Origin: an uncultured archaeon | GTDB lineage: Archaea > Aenigmatarchaeota > Aenigmatarchaeia > GW2011-AR5 | Assembly (NCBI GenBank): GCA_964599215.1 | Contig: CAZRDV010000006.1 | Location: 1-55,206, forward strand | DNA length: 55,206 nucleotides | Direction of reading: 5' to 3' | In this document: one piece after another, positions 27,229 to 37,076 of the stretch | How the letters are laid out: every line of letters begins with the position of its first letter | How positions within the stretch are numbered: position 1 is the first letter of the stretch | Notes under the pieces: model-generated | What the model was told of the DNA's origin: nothing | The model's input: only the letters and a program-made list of their open reading frames with translations | Databases searched by the model: none | Translations under genes and position numbers: made by a program

Positions 27229-28295
27229 GGATTATGATTGTTTTCATCGTCATTCAAGATTGTCACTGACTTTATAGGAGTAGTTAACATTGATTTAGCG
27301 CCCCTTTTCAACAGTTCTCTACGAATGCTGTGAGCCCTTTTCTTTGGTATCAGAAGCCTTGTTTCAATATAAATATTTCCGTATGATTTTATTGCCTCCT
27401 TAGCAAATAGCTTTTCCTTATTTATATAATCAAAAACCTCGGTTTCTCTGGGGTACGGGACATCCACTTCATAATAACCGTAGTTTTTTGCTAAAGCTGC
27501 ACCTTCTAATGCAATTTTGATTATCTGTGCTTCTTCGTATTTCCACTGGTCTTCCATATCCTCCATTATATGCGGCCCGGTATACAAACCAGCTACTGAA
27601 GTATATAACTTGTCCACTACATTATAGTCATTTGAACTAATTGTTGTACCTGTCTGTGTATTTTCAATTATAATATTCCCAAAACCAGAAGGCCCAGCCA
27701 GCTCTGTTGTGCCTTCTGAATCCCAAATCTGAACTTGGTCGTTTTTACCGCCTATGTTGTTTCCTTTTATCATTATATATGGTGCTTCATCACCGTAGAG
27801 TTCTTTATAAGTATCATTATTGAGAAAGAGCTCTTTCGCAGTACTGGTATATTCAGTATAGCACCACAGAATCCTGTCTTCCTTCCTTCTCTCGTTTTTT
27901 TTAAGTTTTAGCAATTCTGAGAGGTCCGCAGCATCTAGATTTTTATAAAAGGCAAGAACTATATCAACGTCACCATAACCAAGGTCACAAAGTTTTTGCA
28001 TATCATAACCCCTAAGCATCCCTTCCTTTGCCCAGTCACTACCAGTAATAGCTATATCTAAAGCAAGCTTATCTTTTCTACAAAGCTCTGCAGGCACGAG
28101 CTGCGGTCTTACAGCAACAGCCTCTAAAGCAACATCCCCGGTCTTTACATAACCTGTAAACTTTGGGGAATATTTTCTAGAACCGGGCTCGTATCCAGAG
28201 GTATATAAATCAGCATCATCTAAAAGGGCTTTAGTACTCCATCTATCAGGATGATTCAAAGATCCTACAGGAAGACCAAACCTAAGTTTTTTCAT
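27225..28295 (-). CDS. hisG: Long-form ATP phosphoribosyltransferase (HisG, archaeal HisG2-like), divergent
   Basis: LPVGSLN, GYEPG, RPQLVPAEL, DIAITGSDW, DLGYG, TEY, GTTE...IIENTQTGTT..N, C-terminal regulatory domain. Confidence 0.8.
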   Translation of the reverse strand: MKKLRFGLPVGSLNHPDRWSTKALLDDADLYTSGYEPGSRKYSPKFTGYVKTGDVALEAVAVRPQLVPAELCRKDKLALDIAITGSDWAKEGMLRGYDMQKLCDLGYGDVDIVLAFYKNLDAADLSELLKLKKNERRKEDRILWCYTEYTSTAKELFLNNDTYKELYGDEAPYIMIKGNNIGGKNDQVQIWDSEGTTELAGPSGFGNIIIENTQTGTTISSNDYNVVDKLYTSVAGLYTGPHIMEDMEDQWKYEEAQIIKIALEGAALAKNYGYYEVDVPYPRETEVFDYINKEKLFAKEAIKSYGNIYIETRLLIPKKRAHSIRRELLKRGAKSMLTTPIKSVTILNDDENNHNP

Positions 28296-28410
28296 TCTTC
28301 TCACGCAATACAATTCTAAAAATCTGGATTTGCAGTATTCCAGGTATAATTTTTGGGATTATTATGGTGCCAGAAAAGTTTTTAAACCTTATGAAAAGCG
28401 GGAAAAATGC

Positions 28411-28812
28411 CTATATTCCGACAAAGTACAGGGCAAGCCTTGGATAGCCGAGCAAGGGCACGGCAAAAAGAACCTTGCCGATTATCTGCTCCTTCTTTAC
28501 AATGCCTGAATCAGGAACAGGATTGTTGTCGCCTTTTATAATATAACCGTCCTCCTGAACTTCGATTATTCTGTGAACAATCGTATACTGCACATCGCTT
28601 CTCTGGTAAATAACGATGTCATTGACCTGAAAATCACCCGCGCCGGTAACAAACAGCAGGTCGCCTCGATGCAGTATAGGCTCCATGGAGTCAGAAACAA
28701 CAGAGACAATAGGCATTGAGGTGCCTGTTGCAAATGCAAGCCCCTGGTAGAATATCCATGCTACCAAGAAAGCCACGAGAATCTCGCCGAAATCCTTCAG
28801 GTAATTAGACAT
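28411..28812 (-). CDS. sec11: Signal peptidase I (archaeal Sec11 type)
   Basis: VSDSMEP, GDL, IVHRI, KGDNN. Confidence 0.93.
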   Translation of the reverse strand: MSNYLKDFGEILVAFLVAWIFYQGLAFATGTSMPIVSVVSDSMEPILHRGDLLFVTGAGDFQVNDIVIYQRSDVQYTIVHRIIEVQEDGYIIKGDNNPVPDSGIVKKEQIIGKVLFAVPLLGYPRLALYFVGI

Positions 28813-28844
28813 TAGAATACCTTGTAATAGATAACTTAAAAAGT

Positions 28845-29417
28845 TTAAGCACCGCCCCTTGACTCGCCTGAGAGGCCTGAGGCAATTAAGTGCGCAACCC
28901 TCAAAGGCTCAGGAAGTGCAGACCTAACGCAGGTGATATTCAGTATCTCTTTTGATTCTTTGTCATCAATACCAGCTCTTTGATAGTAAATGCTCTTGCT
29001 GTTTTTAGTAAATGTATGGATTCTGCCTGCCTTTTTCACTATAGCAAGCCTCTTTTTATAATCATTGAATATCTTCGTTGTTTTCCTGAACCTCTTCATG
29101 TCAGGCTTTTTTCTTTGCACAGCTATTACCGGCAGCTTTGTTATTCTGTTTAGCTCTTTTAAATCAACCAAATTAAAGCCTGCCATTGTTATTCCCCCAA
29201 GCATTATTACTGATAGCTGGTCATAGTGCCTGCTCTTCAGTATGCTGTCGGCAATTCTTTCTGTCGCATCCAGCCCGTCTTTTTCTATTCTTGTTGAGAG
29301 CAGGCCATCCATAAAAGAGCTGCCCCGGAAAACAGCTCCGATTATCAGAACCCTCTTCTGCGAGAATCGAAATGCGCAGTCATCCCAGGCAATTATGCGT
29401 ACCTCTTTTTTTATCAT
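28845..29417 (-). CDS. DUF99 family (endonuclease V-like) protein
   Basis: AWDD, DGLDAT, GITMAGFNLVD, PEPLRVAHLIASG. Confidence 0.9.
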   Translation of the reverse strand: MIKKEVRIIAWDDCAFRFSQKRVLIIGAVFRGSSFMDGLLSTRIEKDGLDATERIADSILKSRHYDQLSVIMLGGITMAGFNLVDLKELNRITKLPVIAVQRKKPDMKRFRKTTKIFNDYKKRLAIVKKAGRIHTFTKNSKSIYYQRAGIDDKESKEILNITCVRSALPEPLRVAHLIASGLSGESRGGA

Positions 29418-29462
29418 AATCAATACAATTAGTTATTAGAGAAAGAAGATAAAACTCTTTTC

Positions 29463-29723
29463 TTACTTCTTTGCGTGCTGGAACTTCTTTCTGAGATCCT
29501 TTGCATCGGCAATTATCTGCTCTGCTGCGTCGAGCAGCGATTTCTTTGGGTCTGTGCTCTTGACAACAAGCACAGGCTTTGACAGGTAGGGATGATCCAC
29601 AGCATAAGCGCTGTAGTTGATCTTGCCCTTCCACAGCTTTTCATTAATCAGGTTGACAAAAGTCAGGTTGCTCAGGCTTATCTTCAGCCTGTCTTTCTTC
29701 TTTTCAAGAACATCGATTTTCAT
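29463..29723 (-). CDS. rpoL: DNA-directed RNA polymerase subunit L (Rpo11), divergent
   Basis: TFVNLINEKL, SAYAVDHPY..P.L; conserved position beside DUF99 and dph2. Confidence 0.8.
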   Translation of the reverse strand: MKIDVLEKKKDRLKISLSNLTFVNLINEKLWKGKINYSAYAVDHPYLSKPVLVVKSTDPKKSLLDAAEQIIADAKDLRKKFQHAKK

Positions 29724-30586
29724 CCAAAAACCTCTTCCAGGTCGTCAATATTAATTGTCTTTCTGAGCTCGATTCTCGGGCAGGCCGTATTCACGAACGA
29801 ATCTGCCTTGATGCCCTCTAGTTTTTCGTTGCTTATCTCATCCATTATTAGGATGAAAGCCTTTTTATCTTTATTTTTCAGGTATTTTCTTGCTTCTTCT
29901 GCTTTTTCAAGATTAAACTGGCCTTTCTTTGACGAGACCAGTATGCCAAATGTCTCTGCCTCTTTGGCCTTTGCAATTCTCGCATACCTTTTCTTCTCAG
30001 GCAGGTCAGAACTGACCTCTATTCTTCTTTTTTCCAGGTCAAGTACGTAGGTTTTTTTACCTTTAACTGCAGTTGAATGAAACGTGCCAGACCCGATGAA
30101 AAGGAAGGCGTCTACTTTATCTTTTATTTTTTCTGCACTGCCTGTGAAGCAGCCAAGTATCTTTCCGCCAATCACAGGCTTTTTCCCAGCCTCCTTTAGC
30201 TTAGAGGAGGCTACATCCAGCAGGTCTTCATATTGAAGAGATGTCAGTAGCCCTATTCTCTCTTCCCCGATAACAGAAAAATCAATATTATCTATATTCA
30301 AATCCATTTTCCATGGATAATAAAGAACAGACACGCTGGTTTCAAAATTTTTATAGAAACTCTCATGGCCAACATGGACCAGTAAATCGCATTTCAGCTG
30401 CATTGCTTCATCATCCCTCAGGTCGCAGGCACCGTAGCAGGGATCTGCTGATAATATAACCTCTATGCCTTCTTCTTCTATGCCCTTGGCTATCTCCAGG
30501 GCCCTTGTCTTCAGGCCCTCTGGCAACTGCAGTAAAATGCGCTTAGGATTCTTTTCCTTGATGTGCTCAACCAGCTCTTTAATCAT
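29720..30586 (-). CDS. dph2: Diphthamide biosynthesis enzyme Dph2
   Basis: LQLPEGLK, PCYGACD, HVGH, ILGC, SSKKGQ, NTACPRI (three Fe-S Cys). Confidence 0.93.
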   Translation of the reverse strand: MIKELVEHIKEKNPKRILLQLPEGLKTRALEIAKGIEEEGIEVILSADPCYGACDLRDDEAMQLKCDLLVHVGHESFYKNFETSVSVLYYPWKMDLNIDNIDFSVIGEERIGLLTSLQYEDLLDVASSKLKEAGKKPVIGGKILGCFTGSAEKIKDKVDAFLFIGSGTFHSTAVKGKKTYVLDLEKRRIEVSSDLPEKKRYARIAKAKEAETFGILVSSKKGQFNLEKAEEARKYLKNKDKKAFILIMDEISNEKLEGIKADSFVNTACPRIELRKTINIDDLEEVFG

Positions 30587-30637
30587 GCTCAGTCTTTGAT
30601 TATTACATATTTAAATATTGAAGATTGATTTATTTCT

Positions 30638-31321
30638 ATGCACATTCTTAAGCTGGAAAACGTGGAGAAGACCTACAAGCTTGGTGATGTCAGGCTCAAA
30701 GTCCTGAACGGCATTGACCTGGCAATAAAGAAAGGCGAGCGTATTGCAGTGATGGGGCCTTCCGGCTCTGGCAAGTCAACAGTGCTGCACATAGCTGGCT
30801 GCCTTGACAGGCCGACAAAAGGCAGGGTTTTTGTTGATAACAAGGATGTATCAAAACTAGGCGATTCGGACCTTGCGCGAATAAGAAGAGAGAAGGTCGG
30901 TTTCGTATTCCAGTTCTTTTATCTTGTGCCGTCGCTTACCTCTCTGGGCAACGTGATGCTGCCTATGATATTTTCAGGGCGGCAGAACAAGGAAAGAGCA
31001 GTTAAACTGCTAAAGGGCGTAGGGCTTCCTGAAAGAATGGAACATCTGCCATCCCAGCTCTCAGGCGGCGAGCGCCAGCGGGTAGCAATAGCAAGAGCCA
31101 TGGCAAATGAGCCGGATATAATCATGGCTGACGAGCCTACAGGCAATTTAGACTCAAAGTCAGGAAAAGAGGTAATTGATTATCTGTTGAAATTAAACAA
31201 GGAAAAGGGCATAACACTTATCATAGTTACCCATGACAAGAATATTGCATCCTGTGCTAACAGAATTATTTATTTAAAGGATGGGAAGATAATAAAAGAA
31301 GAAAGGAAGAAGAAAAAGTGA
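30638..31321 (+). CDS. ABC transporter ATP-binding protein (LolD/MacB type)
   Basis: [32 protein letters not shown]. Confidence 0.95.
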   Translation: MHILKLENVEKTYKLGDVRLKVLNGIDLAIKKGERIAVMGPSGSGKSTVLHIAGCLDRPTKGRVFVDNKDVSKLGDSDLARIRREKVGFVFQFFYLVPSLTSLGNVMLPMIFSGRQNKERAVKLLKGVGLPERMEHLPSQLSGGERQRVAIARAMANEPDIIMADEPTGNLDSKSGKEVIDYLLKLNKEKGITLIIVTHDKNIASCANRIIYLKDGKIIKEERKKKK

Positions 31322-32475
31322 TTAACATGAAAATACTGCTGCCGTTATTCCTGTTGCTGCTGGCATGCACAGCCAATGCTTTGACGGTCACTGTCCAGTC
31401 AAGCGTAACACCGTCGACAATAGTGCCGGGCAACAGCGGTTACCTGGAATACATAATCACTAATGCAGGCACAAATCCTGTTTCAGTCAATCTTTTGTCA
31501 CTGCAGCTGGATTCACCTATGATAGCAGACAGCTATTCAAAGAGTCTAGGAAGCGTGGCTGGATCAAGCAGCGGGTCTGCTATAATAAAGTTTACAGCCC
31601 CGTCAGGCACTGCTTCTGGCTTCTATTCTGCCAAAGCGACCATAAGAGTATGCGACACCTCCTGCGAGGATTATATACAATACAGCATAATAAAAGTACA
31701 GTCACCATCTACCATAGAAATAACAGCTGAGCCTGACTCACTAAAGCCTGGCCAGAACCAGACAGTAACATTTACTTTAAGAAACAAGGGCGAGGCTGTT
31801 AACAGTATCGTGTTCACGTGGGCAGATGCAAGCGGGAATATCCTTCCGCTTGGCTCTGACAATCGTAAGCTTATTACCAGCATAGGCAGCAACTCTGCCT
31901 ACCTTGTTCCGATAAAGATGGTTGTCAGCCCTGATGCTAATCAGGGTATCTACCCTCTCTCCATAAGCCTGTCCTACAGCGACCAGACAGGAAGAGAGCA
32001 GAATATCTCATCAACACTCGGCATAAGAGTAGCAGGGGATTTCAAATTCATAGTTTCTATTGAGTCGCAGAGCCTTGTTGCGCCAGGCATGCCAGGTACA
32101 GCTGAGATAAAAATTGCAAATGCCGGCACCCAGGAAGCCCAGTTCCTTACAATAAGCCTGCTCGAGTCGTCTCCGCTAGGAAGCATAAAGCCAGCAGTAA
32201 TCTATGTCGGGAACCTGGAATCAGATGACTATGATACTGAGACAGTCAGTTATGTAGTAGGCAGCACAAGCCCGGGCGATTATCCTCTTAATATGGAGAT
32301 CTCTTACAAGGACATATACGGTAATTCTTATTCAGACATTTACAGTGCAGGCATCACCGTATCTTCAAGCGACTATGTAGCTGCACAGACAAGGGACTAC
32401 AGTTTTATATTCTACATAGCTATTGCTGTAATCGCCTACCTGCTCTACAGGAAGTTCAGGAAGAAGAAACGATAA
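31318..32475 (+). CDS. COG1361 S-layer-like Ig-repeat protein with C-terminal TM
   Basis: Signal peptide, repeated PG..NxG Ig units, YVGNLESDDYDT, TM plus RKFRKKKR. Confidence 0.85.
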   Translation: MINMKILLPLFLLLLACTANALTVTVQSSVTPSTIVPGNSGYLEYIITNAGTNPVSVNLLSLQLDSPMIADSYSKSLGSVAGSSSGSAIIKFTAPSGTASGFYSAKATIRVCDTSCEDYIQYSIIKVQSPSTIEITAEPDSLKPGQNQTVTFTLRNKGEAVNSIVFTWADASGNILPLGSDNRKLITSIGSNSAYLVPIKMVVSPDANQGIYPLSISLSYSDQTGREQNISSTLGIRVAGDFKFIVSIESQSLVAPGMPGTAEIKIANAGTQEAQFLTISLLESSPLGSIKPAVIYVGNLESDDYDTETVSYVVGSTSPGDYPLNMEISYKDIYGNSYSDIYSAGITVSSSDYVAAQTRDYSFIFYIAIAVIAYLLYRKFRKKKR

Positions 32476-32511
32476 TATTTGAAGATTAGTTATAAGAATA
32501 ATTGATTGATA

Positions 32512-33738
32512 ATGATTACTGACTTGTTTTCAATTGCCTACAGGAACCTGAGAAGAAGGAAACTGAGGACGTTTCTAACCCTGCTTGGAATAGTTATTGG
32601 AGTTTCTGCTGTTGTTGCCCTGATATCTGTTGGCCAGGGCATGCAGATGGGCATCAACGATATGTTCGAGGGTATTGGTGCTGACATGTTAATAATAACG
32701 CCTGGCGGCGGGGTGGAAACAGGTGTCACGCCAGTTAGTTCCGGCATCTCTGCCTCCAAATTATATAAACACGATGTAGATGTTGTTAATTCTGTGTCAG
32801 GCATTGAGCATGCCTTTGGTATGATTTCAGACATAGCAAAGGTGGAATTCAGAGGCCAAGTAAGATATCTAATGATTTTCGGCGTTCCTACCGATAAAGA
32901 GTCAAAGGAGATGTCAGAGGGCATCAATCTCTTCAAAATAGAACAGGGCAGGAGACTGGATGCAGGCGACCAGTACAAGGCAGTTGTAGCAGGCGTGGTT
33001 GCAAGGGATTTCTTTGATAAAGAAATTGAGATTGGTGACAAGCTTCTTATCAATGATGTGGAATTCAGGGTTGTTGGCATCCAGAAAAAGAGCGGCTCTC
33101 CTATACATGACAGGATGGTAGCAATCCCTTCAGACACAGCGCGAGAGCTGTTCGACAAGCCTGAAGAGGTCTCTACAATATTCGCAAAGGTCAAAGAGGG
33201 TGTCTCACCGAGCGAGGTTGCTGAGAAAGTGGAAAGAGCCATGAGGGATGACCACAATGTAGACGAAGGCGAGGAAGACTTTACTGTTGAATCAGCTGAG
33301 CAGATGATCTCAAGTTTGAATACAATCCTGGCTGCTGTCCAGGCTGTTTTGATAGGCATTGCTGCAATATCCCTGCTTGTGGGCGGCATCGGCATAATGA
33401 ACACAATGTATACTTCTGTTGTGGAGCAGACAAGCAATATCGGCCTTATGAAGGCCATAGGCGCAAGAAACCATGATATAATGCTTTTATTCTTGTTAGA
33501 GGCAGGAATAGTCGGCCTGATTGGAGGGGTAATAGGAGTCAGTATAGGTATTGTTTTGGGGAAAATAGTCGAAGCAGCAGCTGTTGGTTTTGGCATCGAT
33601 ATATTCAAGGCAGCTGTAACACCGGAACTGGTTATAGGTGCTCTGCTGTTTTCATTTATAATCGGCACAGTATCAGGGTTATTTCCAGCACGGCGTGCAG
33701 CAAAGATGAATCCTGTTGATGCAATGAGGTACAGATAA
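32512..33738 (+). CDS. ABC transporter permease (MacB/FtsX-like)
   Basis: RTFLTLLGIVIGV, ISLLVGGIGIMNTM, PARRAAKMNPV. Confidence 0.93.
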   Translation: MITDLFSIAYRNLRRRKLRTFLTLLGIVIGVSAVVALISVGQGMQMGINDMFEGIGADMLIITPGGGVETGVTPVSSGISASKLYKHDVDVVNSVSGIEHAFGMISDIAKVEFRGQVRYLMIFGVPTDKESKEMSEGINLFKIEQGRRLDAGDQYKAVVAGVVARDFFDKEIEIGDKLLINDVEFRVVGIQKKSGSPIHDRMVAIPSDTARELFDKPEEVSTIFAKVKEGVSPSEVAEKVERAMRDDHNVDEGEEDFTVESAEQMISSLNTILAAVQAVLIGIAAISLLVGGIGIMNTMYTSVVEQTSNIGLMKAIGARNHDIMLLFLLEAGIVGLIGGVIGVSIGIVLGKIVEAAAVGFGIDIFKAAVTPELVIGALLFSFIIGTVSGLFPARRAAKMNPVDAMRYR

Positions 33739-34943
33739 TGTTGAAGGAATATGTAAGATTCACGATAAGCAATATTGCAGCTAGGAAAAAAAGAAGCATG
33801 CTGACAATACTCGCTATAGTGATAGGCATAGCTGCTGTAGTTGCTTTAATCTCACTAGGCTATGGCCTGCAGAATACCATTGACGAGCAGTTCGAATTAA
33901 TGGGCACTGATAAGTTAATGATAATGCCTGGTGACCTTATGTCCACCTTCATGGGATCAGGAACAGAGTTCACACAACATGAGCTGGATATTGTCCAGAG
34001 GGTTAACGGAATCAAGGTAGCTGGCGCCATGATATACAAAGTTGCAAGGGTCGAGTTCCGCGGCGATACAAAATACACGTATGTCTCAGGCATACCAACG
34101 GATGAGACAAGGGAAGTGATAGAAAGCATGCAGAATTTCAATGTAGTAGAAGGCAGGGACCTCAAGGAAAGCGACACCAATGCTGCGATTGTCGGCTATC
34201 TTGTTGTAAACAACGGCTTCTTTGAGAAGAACCCTGAGGTAGGGGATAAGATTGATGTAGAGGGCAGAAGCTTCAAGATTGTCGGTGTTATGGGGAGGAT
34301 AGGAAACGAAGGCGATGACACTCAATTGCTGATTCCGTTAGACACAGCAAGAGAGGTGTTTGACGAGCCGGACAAGATAGACATTATAATTGCGCAGACA
34401 GAGGATGGTTATGACCCAGGCAGTGTTGCCGAGGATGTGTCAGAGGCACTCAGAAAAGACCGCAGCCTGAAGAAGGGCGAAGAAGATTTCACAGTACAGA
34501 CATCCGAGCAGCTGATGGATACGTTTTCCTCTATTTTTTCTTTAGTTCTGATGGTTGTGATAGGCATTGCTGCAATATCCCTGCTTGTCGGAGGTATTGG
34601 AATAATGAATACAATGTATATGTCTATACTGGAGAGAACAAGGGAGATAGGTGTCATGAAATCCATAGGAGCAATGAATAAAGACGTTCTGACCATCTTC
34701 CTTATAGAGAGCGGTTTCCTCGGGCTGTTTGGCGGTGCAGTAGGCTGTGCAATAGGAATAGGCATAGCCAAGGCAGTAGAGCTGGTAATCAGTCAGCAGT
34801 TCATCGCACTGAAGACAGCAGTCACATGGGAGCTCATAGCAGGCGCACTTTTGTTCTCATTCATAATCGGAATAATCTCAGGCTTTTTGCCAGCTAGGCG
34901 CGCAGCAAAGATGGATCCTGTTGTTGCACTGCGATACGAGTAA
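33738..34943 (+). CDS. ABC transporter permease (MacB/FtsX-like), paralog
   Basis: Same motifs; ERTREIGVMKSIGA. Confidence 0.93.
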   Translation: MLKEYVRFTISNIAARKKRSMLTILAIVIGIAAVVALISLGYGLQNTIDEQFELMGTDKLMIMPGDLMSTFMGSGTEFTQHELDIVQRVNGIKVAGAMIYKVARVEFRGDTKYTYVSGIPTDETREVIESMQNFNVVEGRDLKESDTNAAIVGYLVVNNGFFEKNPEVGDKIDVEGRSFKIVGVMGRIGNEGDDTQLLIPLDTAREVFDEPDKIDIIIAQTEDGYDPGSVAEDVSEALRKDRSLKKGEEDFTVQTSEQLMDTFSSIFSLVLMVVIGIAAISLLVGGIGIMNTMYMSILERTREIGVMKSIGAMNKDVLTIFLIESGFLGLFGGAVGCAIGIGIAKAVELVISQQFIALKTAVTWELIAGALLFSFIIGIISGFLPARRAAKMDPVVALRYE

Positions 34944-34989
34944 AGATTTGAGAACTAACTGAAAAGGCTTTAAACAAATTTAGAATAAA

Positions 34990-35280
34990 CTAATCTCCAT
35001 AATGCCTGCGAACCGCGTCTGGAACCCCATCTAAAACGACTTCTCTATATTTTTCAGTTTTTGGGTCTATTGATCCGACTGTTCTGCCGTTTTTATACTG
35101 TTCAGCATACCAATTTAACAGGGTAAGTGCTGAGTTTAAGACCTCTACACGAGTAAGTACTGGTGGGTCTCCGCGCAGGGCCTCGAATTCCTTGAAGTTT
35201 CCGGGTGTGGTCTGAAGTTCCATTACATACGGTCCTCTCATCCAGTCCGCGATTTTCTTGAGTATGTTCATATATTTCAT
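34990..35280 (-). CDS. Hypothetical protein, possible ribbon-helix-helix-like
   Basis: TRVEVLNSALTLLNWY..NG pattern resembles RHH helix B plus a beta tail. Confidence 0.45.
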   Translation of the reverse strand: MKYMNILKKIADWMRGPYVMELQTTPGNFKEFEALRGDPPVLTRVEVLNSALTLLNWYAEQYKNGRTVGSIDPKTEKYREVVLDGVPDAVRRHYGD

Positions 35281-35395
35281 AGATTATTTCTACCCTTCAA
35301 AATATTAAAACTTTCCCATATGCTAATATGTTTTGTACCAGAAGACGAACTGCAAACGAATTTAAAATTACCAGGCAATCTATAGGCAGATAGCA

Positions 35396-35632
35396 ATGGC
35401 AGCTGTTCTTGAAGAGATTAAAAAACAGACCCTTATCCTGATAACAGCAGCACTTGGTTTTGTGGCAGCGCTTATCTGGAAAGACGCAGTTTCAGCCTGG
35501 CTAAAGCCTTTGTATGAAAGTGCAGAAGGCGCAACAGGCCTGACAATCGCAGCAATAGTAATAACAGTAGTCGTAGTAATAATAACCATCATACTTGCAA
35601 AGATACTAATGCCGAAGGCCGGCAAAAGATAG
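35396..35632 (+). CDS. DUF5654-like small membrane protein
   Basis: LITAALGFVAALIWKDAV motif. Confidence 0.8.
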   Translation: MAAVLEEIKKQTLILITAALGFVAALIWKDAVSAWLKPLYESAEGATGLTIAAIVITVVVVIITIILAKILMPKAGKR

Positions 35633-35722
35633 GGTCGCTGTTTCTTTTTTCTTTTTTAATTCATTGTCGCCTGCGCAAAGTTTTAAAAAGAATATAGTCA
35701 ATTATCATAGTTCAGTGGTTCT

Positions 35723-35887
35723 ATGATTGTTAAGAAGACATGTGCAGCATGCGGGACATGCGTTGCTGTGTGCCCGTTTGATGCGATTCGGATAAAGGAC
35801 ATAGCTGTTATCGATCCTGTTAAATGCACGAATTGCGGGCTGTGCGTAAAAGCCTGCCCTGTTTCAGCAATTGAGGTAGAAAAATGA
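35723..35887 (+). CDS. 2x[4Fe-4S] ferredoxin (54 aa)
   Basis: Missed by the ORF track: MIVKKTCAACGTCVAVCPFDAI...CTNCGLCVKACPVSAIEVEK; ATGA overlap with the next gene. Confidence 0.93.
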   Translation: MIVKKTCAACGTCVAVCPFDAIRIKDIAVIDPVKCTNCGLCVKACPVSAIEVEK

Positions 35888-37071
35888 TTAAAGACAGATA
35901 CGATGCTGTTGTTATTGGTGCAGGGCCTGCTGGCTCTGTTGCAGCCAAGGTCATGGCTGAGGCAGGCATGGACGTTTTGCTTATTGACAAAAAGAGCGAG
36001 ATAGGCCATGTAAAGAGGTGCGGCGAGGGCTTGGGAGCAAATCATTTGAGATTAGCAGGAATAGAACCAAACCCATTATGGATAAGAAGGCAGATAAACG
36101 GTGCTCTTGTTTTCTCGCCAGATATGACAAAGATTACGATGGATACAAAGGAGGTCAGCAGCTATCTTATTGAGAGAAAGGTCTTTGATAAATTCCTGGC
36201 AATAGAAGCGGCAAAAGCAGGAGCAACTGTGCAGGCAAGAACAGAGGCGGTTGATTTGATAAGAAACAATGGCAAAATTGCAGGCATTGTTGCAGAGTAT
36301 ATGGGAGGCAGGTACGAGATAAAAGCAGACCTTGTTGTTGCTGCTGATGGCGTTGATTCTGTTATTGCAAGGCAGGCAGGCATCAACACTACGCTGAGAT
36401 TGGATGATTTGAACTCCTGCGCAGAGTTCGAGATGTCTGGCATAAAGATGGAAGATCCAAACAAGATAATGATATACTTCGGCAATGATATTGCTCCAGG
36501 AGGTTATGCCTGGGTTTTCCCAAAAGGCGATGATACTGCTAATGTCGGCCTTGGCATACGGGCATCAAAAGCAGTTAATGCCTACGAGTATTTGCAGAGA
36601 TTTGTGAAGAAAATGGGTTTTGATTCTGCATCTGTTATAGAGGTCAATATAGGCGGCGTGCCTGTTGGAGGCAATATTAACGAGTACGTTCTCGACAACT
36701 TCATGGTTGTTGGTGATGCAGCACGCCAGGTCAACCCAATTCATGGTGGCGGCATCGGGCTGTCAATGGCTTCTGCCAAAATATTGGCTGAAACTGCTAT
36801 TAAGGCATATAAAGAAAAGGACTTCTCTAAAAAGAATTTATCAGACTATGAAAAACAATGGGAAGAGCAGTTCAGTAAGAAGATGTCGAAGCTCCTGAAG
36901 CTCAGGAAATTCGCAGAGAAATTATCAGACGAGCAGATGAATGACATAGCAGCAAAGGTTGCCGGCACTGACCTCTACGAGCTCAGCCAAGGCAGGTTCG
37001 CGTCTTTCATAAAGCTCGTCGGCAAGTCGCCTGGCATAGTCAAGTACTTACCGATACTGATGATGGCTTAG
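35884..37071 (+). CDS. Digeranylgeranylglycerophospholipid (geranylgeranyl) reductase
   Basis: GAGPAG, RCGEG, AADGVDS, APGGYAWVFPKG (PxxYxWxFP), VGDAA..VNPIHGGGI. Confidence 0.9.
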   Translation: MIKDRYDAVVIGAGPAGSVAAKVMAEAGMDVLLIDKKSEIGHVKRCGEGLGANHLRLAGIEPNPLWIRRQINGALVFSPDMTKITMDTKEVSSYLIERKVFDKFLAIEAAKAGATVQARTEAVDLIRNNGKIAGIVAEYMGGRYEIKADLVVAADGVDSVIARQAGINTTLRLDDLNSCAEFEMSGIKMEDPNKIMIYFGNDIAPGGYAWVFPKGDDTANVGLGIRASKAVNAYEYLQRFVKKMGFDSASVIEVNIGGVPVGGNINEYVLDNFMVVGDAARQVNPIHGGGIGLSMASAKILAETAIKAYKEKDFSKKNLSDYEKQWEEQFSKKMSKLLKLRKFAEKLSDEQMNDIAAKVAGTDLYELSQGRFASFIKLVGKSPGIVKYLPILMMA

Positions 37072-37076
37072 CTGTT

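Noticed and set aside
32538-33668. 376-aa antisense ORF and similar long shadow ORFs (e.g. 37680-38276, 52946-53635, 14143-14577)
   Set aside because: They lie opposite well-supported genes and have no motifs; they are codon-bias shadows.
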